Shown here: in pieces, positions 26,686-31,952 of the stretch | Position numbering within the stretch: the first letter of the stretch is position 1 | Layout of the letters: the number at the start of each line of letters is the position of its first letter | Virus record (IMG/VR): IMGVR_UViG_3300024228_000015 | Span: 1-31,952 of that record | Origin: a virus | Lineage: Duplodnaviria; Caudoviricetes | Direction: 5' to 3' (one strand) | Length of the DNA stretch: 31,952 nucleotides | Notes under the pieces: generated by a model | Told to the model about the DNA's origin: nothing | The model's database searches: none | The model's input: only the letters and a program-made list of their open reading frames with translations | Translations under genes and position numbers: made by a program

Positions 26686-27741
26686 TTAAATATCTAATTT
26701 TACTACTACTGTTGTTTCATTGTTATTTGATACAGGTACTGGTTGGCCCATTTTAGCTACAGCGATTAGTTCGTTTGCATCATTATATAGACCTACAGTA
26801 GTGAAGTACGGTTTAAAGTGACTTCCTGTAAGTTCTGCTTTTATAGTACCATTTAAATCCGTTACACTGGTTGGGTGTAGTGTATTGTTAAATTCACTTT
26901 CCCCTACCGGGCAATGGTAGTTATACGTATAAATAGGTTGTGATGATTGCCAAGTAATACTACCTGAAAAGTAATTAGCATAGTAATTACCCACTGCAGG
27001 ATTAGTTATTATCATTAGACCATGAGAATAGACAATGTTTCCGACTATTCTCTGTGGAGAAGATGCTGATAGTATTAGGTTGCCGTTCTTATCATCTATT
27101 AAGGTAGTTTTCCAATCATCAAATCCTGCTACCACAAATTCCTGTTCGGTTTCATTTATATAGTCTCCTTCCCTTACTACATATTCTCCATCTTGTAATT
27201 CTTCTGCTGCTCCATATAGTGTACCTATTTCTTCATTGTAACTTTCCGATACGAATCCATATTCATCGTCTTGTAAACTATCAGATGAAGTATATACATA
27301 ATTAGATTCTGGACCTGATATATCTGGTTCAATTCTAATACTACCTGGTTTTATATTTGTTCCGTAGAGGTTTTGAGGTATAGATATAACGGTAAATTCA
27401 GATTCTGCTCTTCTTTGATTTTGTGTATAAGAGCTCTGTAGATAGTTCTCATACGCTGAGCCTGACATTTCATTTGAACTACTAACGGGACTTCCGTTTT
27501 CAAAGCCTGAGTAGTATAGATGATTAATACTATTGTAAACTAGTTGGGTGTAATGTTCTGTGTCTGTGCCTATTAATCTTTTATCTGCTGTATCAGGGAA
27601 AAATTGTGTTGATCCTGAAATGCCTATATATGTTTCAACTCCGTATTCAACATGTTGACTCCCTGAGATTGTAAAGCTCTTATGAGCAATATAGGAAGTT
27701 AAAAATGAATCTTCTTTGTTTAGTTTTTTGTAAGCACTCAT
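26686..27741 (-). CDS. Putative baseplate/tail structural protein
   Basis: C-terminal TTVGLYNDANELIAVAK motif shared with the adjacent paralogue; tail-module context. Confidence 0.65.
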   Translation of the reverse strand: MSAYKKLNKEDSFLTSYIAHKSFTISGSQHVEYGVETYIGISGSTQFFPDTADKRLIGTDTEHYTQLVYNSINHLYYSGFENGSPVSSSNEMSGSAYENYLQSSYTQNQRRAESEFTVISIPQNLYGTNIKPGSIRIEPDISGPESNYVYTSSDSLQDDEYGFVSESYNEEIGTLYGAAEELQDGEYVVREGDYINETEQEFVVAGFDDWKTTLIDDKNGNLILSASSPQRIVGNIVYSHGLMIITNPAVGNYYANYFSGSITWQSSQPIYTYNYHCPVGESEFNNTLHPTSVTDLNGTIKAELTGSHFKPYFTTVGLYNDANELIAVAKMGQPVPVSNNNETTVVVKLDI

Positions 27742-27744
27742 TCA

Positions 27745-28761
27745 TTAATAGTCAAGTTTGATTCGTATTAGAGCTTCCTTAGTAAAATCCTTTAGTAAAG
27801 GTTTTGATAATTTAGCTACTCCTAATAGATCATTGTTATCATTATATAGTCCTACAGATGTTACGTAAGCTTGTGGATTATTAACCATTGAATTGTGTCT
27901 TATCTCTCCTGAACCTGTTACATTAGAAGGGTTAGATGAATAGTTAAATTCACTATTTCGTACCCTTACAAAAACATAATTTGAAGATATTGTTTCTTCT
28001 GAGTTCAGTTTAAAACTACCTCCTCTTTCAATTGCTTGGTAGAGTAACCTGTTATTAAATCCGTTTTCGTCTGCAGAACCAGATTTAATTTCAAAGCCTG
28101 CGGAAATATTTTCCTGTAATGCCTGTACATTTAAAAGTATTATACCTACGTCAGGTAAAAATTTTCCGTAAGAAGCTATATACCCGGTCTGAGCGGTGTA
28201 ACCTGTTCCTAAGTCATGAGAAACGCCGTTTGAACCTGAGATTACCTCGTATACTCTTCCTACATCGTTGTATGTTACAGTTGAGCTTAATCCACTATTA
28301 TCTGTAAGATCAAGAGTTTCGGAACTACCCTCTAATCTGAGATTAAATGTACCTGGTAGTAACTTTTCTTTGTACCTTGCTCTGTTCACTGAAATTGCAA
28401 AGAAACCTTTTGTACCTGTATTACCTCCGTATAGAAAAGTGGATTCTTCATCTCCTAGTACTAATGATCTGAATTGTCCATATATAGTTGATGTTGGAGA
28501 TTTCCCGGCTACGTTTGTATTATAGGCTGTAGCTCCTAAGCCATCCTCTGATCCGTACGCTATTGAGTATTGAACTGCAGCAGCAGTAGAGTCTGATGAT
28601 GTTTGATATACATTTAAATAATAATCACCGCTTGTTGCTGCTTCTTGTGTTGATGATGTTTCAAAGCTATCTAATTCATAAGTGTCAGTAGACCATACTG
28701 TAGATGATACAGAGTCTGCACTTACTATTACGTCTTCATTATCGAATTTTTTAAATGACAT
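27745..28761 (-). CDS. Putative baseplate/tail structural protein (paralogue of neighbour)
   Basis: MSFKKF vs MSAYKKL; SEFN motif; TSVGLYNDNNDLLGVAK; both end in KLD[YI]. Confidence 0.65.
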   Translation of the reverse strand: MSFKKFDNEDVIVSADSVSSTVWSTDTYELDSFETSSTQEAATSGDYYLNVYQTSSDSTAAAVQYSIAYGSEDGLGATAYNTNVAGKSPTSTIYGQFRSLVLGDEESTFLYGGNTGTKGFFAISVNRARYKEKLLPGTFNLRLEGSSETLDLTDNSGLSSTVTYNDVGRVYEVISGSNGVSHDLGTGYTAQTGYIASYGKFLPDVGIILLNVQALQENISAGFEIKSGSADENGFNNRLLYQAIERGGSFKLNSEETISSNYVFVRVRNSEFNYSSNPSNVTGSGEIRHNSMVNNPQAYVTSVGLYNDNNDLLGVAKLSKPLLKDFTKEALIRIKLDY

Positions 28762-28767
28762 ATCTTA

Positions 28768-29427
28768 TTAAGTTGTTTTCGTTATTGTAATTGGAATAGT
28801 AACTCTTGCTCCACTATCTCTACCGATTATAGTAATCGTACTAGTAAGTGATGTTGCGTTAGATCCATACAGAGTGTTTATTGTTGTACCGGTGATATTG
28901 ATAGATGTACCGATTACTGCTTTTGATACATTTGTACCAAGTGTGGTAGTTGAATTAAGTCTATCTGCTTCTGATGAGGTTACACCTACTCCGGTAAAGT
29001 TTGACAGTAAGCGTACATCTGCTATTGTTGCAGAATAACCGTTAGTTTCATATGCTTGAGTAGCTCCTAAATAGTTAAGAGTTTGCGGTGTGATAGTTAG
29101 AGAGGCACCTTGTTTTAATGTAATAGATGCAAATCCTGCTTCTAGTATTGGTAGCTTAGCTGTACCTCTTGGAAGTGTAGCAAGCTTGTATTTCATTACT
29201 TGATTTTCATCTGGGAATGCTTCTAGGAGTGGCATATTTTCTATAGCTTCTCCAAAGAAAGCTGAACCTGACGGATGAGCGGTGTTATATAGAGTGTAGT
29301 CTATTTCATCATCTGATAATGCAAATTGAGTAATTCTAAAGGAACCGTCTCCTCGAGCGAGTAATTCACGTCCTTTTTTTGTTAATATTGCGTCTACTGT
29401 GACGACTGAGTTGTTTAGGTATCCCAT
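28768..29427 (-). CDS. Putative baseplate/tail structural protein
   Basis: AILTKKGRELLA...FRITQFALSD motif, Thr-rich beta C-terminal domain; TATTTATA upstream. Confidence 0.65.
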   Translation of the reverse strand: MGYLNNSVVTVDAILTKKGRELLARGDGSFRITQFALSDDEIDYTLYNTAHPSGSAFFGEAIENMPLLEAFPDENQVMKYKLATLPRGTAKLPILEAGFASITLKQGASLTITPQTLNYLGATQAYETNGYSATIADVRLLSNFTGVGVTSSEADRLNSTTTLGTNVSKAVIGTSINITGTTINTLYGSNATSLTSTITIIGRDSGARVTIPITITKTT

Positions 29428-29447
29428 GTTCTAACTTTTATATATAT

Positions 29448-29455
29448 TATAAATA
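29448..29455 (-). promoter_or_regulatory. Putative late promoter motif TATTTATA
   Basis: Intergenic, 20 nt upstream of the ATG at 29427. Confidence 0.65.
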
Positions 29456-29472
29456 TGTAGCTTTTTAATATT

Positions 29473-31233
29473 CTATGCTGATGATGAAGAAGAATCCGAT
29501 GATGACTCAGACGATGATGATGATTGTGTAGAAACTACACATTCAGTTTTAACTGAATCTACAAATCCTTTATCATTTGTTGATATTATTGAATTAGTTT
29601 CTTTTAACCATACTAAATGTCTCCCTACTGGTTTAATTCTATTAGCAGTTGAGGTATATAATCTTGATCCTCCAATTCTTCTTACTTGTGTTCCTGCAGC
29701 TTGTGCTGCTATTGTCGTACTATCGTACCCTCTTTCTACCATTACTTTTATATACTGACTATATAGTACTAGTTCTTGACTGAAAGGGTTAAGTTGTTTT
29801 CTGTTATGATTTACGTTTAACACCTGTACTTTTTCACCTGAGTCTAGTACCAGAATATCTCCCGGTGTTACCAATGTACCTGGTATAGGGTTTAATCGGA
29901 AAGTATTATCTGTCCCTACGTTAGTCAGTACATCAGGATTTGAAATTGTTCCTACTAGTCCTTCTCCAATAGTAGGTTGAGTTCCTTTTCCGTCAAATAG
30001 TAGATTCTGCATATCCCTCTCTGCTAACGGAATATTACATATTCTTTCTAACTCTGTTGCTACCCCACTAAAAGGGTAGAGTGCTGCTTCTATTGTCATT
30101 CCTGCTATTGCAGGTGATATCCCACTAAAATCTGCTTCGGATGTTTTTGTTCCGTTATACCTAGCATTAATTAAACCTGTATCTGTGTAGTTTGAATCTT
30201 GAACGGATGCAGGTTGAGCGTAGGGTTCTTGAATACCTCTAACGGCTGATAGTGTTAAGAACCTATCTAATTCTCCAAAAAAAGTTCCGATATAAACTAA
30301 AGGTTGTCCGTTTGAGCTATTATGTGTTACTTTCTGTTTTAATCTTACATGTAAATCATCTGTAGATGTTGTAAATGTTTCGTTGACTGGTGCTCCTGAT
30401 TTTATAGTTTCTACTACTCCTGAGTTATAAGTCTGTGTTAGTAGTGTTTTTGTAACGTTTGGAGTTCCGGAAGTATTAGAGGTGTGAAAAATTTCTAGTA
30501 ATAACTGTATTGTAAAATTTGCATAGTTATTAGAGTTTTGATAGAATGATGGTTCTATCCTGATTACAGACGGTACCGGTATGTCAAAGGTATTATCTAA
30601 GTCAGCTAATGTAAATACGATATTTGCACCTCCTTCTCTATTTAGAGACCTTACTGGTGATGTTATTGTGTTTATTACAGATAGTGCGGGTTGACTACTT
30701 ATTTGGTATCCGAACTCTTTTTTAAATGCTGAATCGCCTTCCTGGTGAAACAGTGTTAGATCTACTTGTGGGTTACCTAGTAATGCGTCAAAATTGTCAG
30801 GTTGTATCCCTCCACTCACCCTGTCTACATCGTACCTAATTCTATTAGTTCTTGTATTTTCTGCATTACTAATTAATGCATTATACTGGTTATTAAAGAA
30901 AGGTTCTATTAAAAACGGGTCTACAGCTATTTCTGAGTTGGTGGTGCTTACGCTGTTATTAATTATAGTATCCTGGTTATTAAGAAAAAAGTAACCAGTC
31001 TTATCACTAATATCTATTATATTTAAAGTTGTGTTTTCTCCGCTGCTGGAAATGGGAAGTAGTATTTTATTTATCTCAGATAAAGATGGAACTATTCTAG
31101 TACCTTCAAGGTCTACGTCTGAGATCGTTAGAGATTTAACTGTAACAAATCCTGTTCCGCTTTCTGTTTGTACTAATACTCTAATTTCTCCATCCGTTGG
31201 GGCAGTGTTTGAAAAGACTCCTTGACTTGGCAT
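29473..31233 (-). CDS. Hypothetical virion structural protein (586 aa) with Ser-rich C-terminal tail
   Basis: Beta-rich composition, tail-module context, TATTTATA upstream; no catalytic motif seen. Confidence 0.65.
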   Translation of the reverse strand: MPSQGVFSNTAPTDGEIRVLVQTESGTGFVTVKSLTISDVDLEGTRIVPSLSEINKILLPISSSGENTTLNIIDISDKTGYFFLNNQDTIINNSVSTTNSEIAVDPFLIEPFFNNQYNALISNAENTRTNRIRYDVDRVSGGIQPDNFDALLGNPQVDLTLFHQEGDSAFKKEFGYQISSQPALSVINTITSPVRSLNREGGANIVFTLADLDNTFDIPVPSVIRIEPSFYQNSNNYANFTIQLLLEIFHTSNTSGTPNVTKTLLTQTYNSGVVETIKSGAPVNETFTTSTDDLHVRLKQKVTHNSSNGQPLVYIGTFFGELDRFLTLSAVRGIQEPYAQPASVQDSNYTDTGLINARYNGTKTSEADFSGISPAIAGMTIEAALYPFSGVATELERICNIPLAERDMQNLLFDGKGTQPTIGEGLVGTISNPDVLTNVGTDNTFRLNPIPGTLVTPGDILVLDSGEKVQVLNVNHNRKQLNPFSQELVLYSQYIKVMVERGYDSTTIAAQAAGTQVRRIGGSRLYTSTANRIKPVGRHLVWLKETNSIISTNDKGFVDSVKTECVVSTQSSSSSESSSDSSSSSA

Positions 31234-31247
31234 AATCTACTTTTTTA

Positions 31248-31255
31248 TATAAATA
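31248..31255 (-). promoter_or_regulatory. Putative late promoter motif TATTTATA
   Basis: Intergenic, 14 nt upstream of the ATG at 31233. Confidence 0.65.
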
Positions 31256-31262
31256 TCTACTA

Positions 31263-31952
31263 TTAATTATAATATTTAACGTTATGAGACAGTATCCCGT
31301 TGCTTATGTATGTATGAGCTTTTTCAACCGTTAACTTAACTACTGGTCCATCCTCTGCTTCTTCTACTCCTAAGACCTCGTAACCTGTTGTTATGTCTCC
31401 TACTTCTAAGGAATTTGCTGCTATAAATTCTGATTTATTATCTACATATACTCTATGTCCTGGGCTGCATATTAGTTCTCTGTCGCTATATACTATTTTT
31501 ACTTTTTCACTTTTATCTTGTAGCTGTGCTCTAGTTACGATACAGCTTAGTAATTCTAAAGTAGTTTCATGTTTTGTTCTAACTATATCACCTGTTTTTA
31601 TATCCTTGGCTTTTTTAGTTTTTCCCTGTTCTAATGTAATATCTGTTTCAGGGTCTATACAGTTATTGGCAGGTTGCTGTACAATAGAGATAGAGTCTTT
31701 TACAGTTGTTCCTATACGTAGCGAAATAGTACCATATCTAGTGCTACTGGTATTATTTGCTGAAGCGTACCAGGTTCTTGATCCGTTACCTGTCCCCATT
31801 GCGCTAGAAAGGGTTATCCAGGATATACCTTCGTAAAGGTTCCAGCTTGTATTTGATGATATGGATAAGGTACCATTGGTGGCGTAACCGCTTGCGTTAA
31901 CTGAAGAGGGAGACATTGTTGCATAGCTTGAGTTAAATATTACTGAATCTGA
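31263..31952 (-). CDS. C-terminal part of a protein with a BACON-like domain followed by a Hint domain (probably 5'-truncated by the window)
   Basis: Frame stays open from 31916 to the right edge (SDSVIFNSSYAT). SNTSW...SWITL...GTGNG...N...R.GTI...Q matches the BACON pattern; then CIDPET...SPGH...LSHN-V. Confidence 0.8.
   Translation of the reverse strand, partial: SDSVIFNSSYATMSPSSVNASGYATNGTLSISSNTSWNLYEGISWITLSSAMGTGNGSRTWYASANNTSSTRYGTISLRIGTTVKDSISIVQQPANNCIDPETDITLEQGKTKKAKDIKTGDIVRTKHETTLELLSCIVTRAQLQDKSEKVKIVYSDRELICSPGHRVYVDNKSEFIAANSLEVGDITTGYEVLGVEEAEDGPVVKLTVEKAHTYISNGILSHNVKYYN
31281..31661 (-). other. Hint domain 3 (Cys1, SxxH, terminal HN, +1 Val)
   Basis: CIDPETDITLEQG...KDIKTGD; CSPGHRV; HTYISNGILSHN; 127 aa. 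Confidence 0.9.

Noticed and set aside
29476-29525. GAT/TCA microsatellite-like runs (also near 13837-13852) as phase-variation tracts
   Set aside because: They are short, partly imperfect triplet repeats encoding poly-Ser or poly-Asp linkers; slippage would not shift frame.
13375-31661. Calling the Hint domains classical mobile inteins
   Set aside because: No +1 Cys/Ser/Thr and no endonuclease domain; two are essentially C-terminal with little or no C-extein.
1227-31836. All plus-strand ORFs in the supplied track (e.g. 3860-4549, 15776-16432, 23009-23575, 31393-31836)
   Set aside because: They lie antisense to well-supported minus-strand genes. Their Ser/Leu/Phe/Pro/Val-rich composition is the expected mirror of the sense codons, and they show no motifs.
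1-31952. Stop-codon reassignment (seen in some Bacteroidota phages)
   Set aside because: Genes tile the window under the standard code, and TAA, TAG and TGA all end genes at sensible boundaries.

Overview
AT-rich, gene-dense segment of a large tailed dsDNA phage (Caudoviricetes). All credible genes are on the minus strand and use the standard code. A Bacteroidota host is inferred from a BACON-like domain, a Bacteroidota-style lipoprotein and three Bacteroidota-like promoters (AGTTG-N20-TAWATTA). The right part (13.3-32 kb) is a tail/baseplate module: a 3655-aa repetitive fibre with a C-terminal S74 chaperone, a tail-collar fibre and three baseplate-like proteins. Three separate virion-type proteins there each carry a Hint (intein-like) domain lacking the +1 Cys/Ser/Thr needed for splicing. 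The left part (1-13.3 kb) mixes replication genes (primase, PD-(D/E)XK nuclease, GIY-YIG nuclease, HAD nucleotidase) with small genes sharing an MKL-x-D-[IL]-L-x-E leader. It also holds a >912-aa ORF missing from the supplied track and punctuated by [ILVM]-x-E sites. These resemble T4-type capsid-targeted, prohead-protease-released internal proteins. The best candidates for undescribed biology are (1) Hint-based processing or ligation on tail appendages and (2) a head-packaged enzyme cargo set. All calls are from motif recognition by eye; no searches were run.
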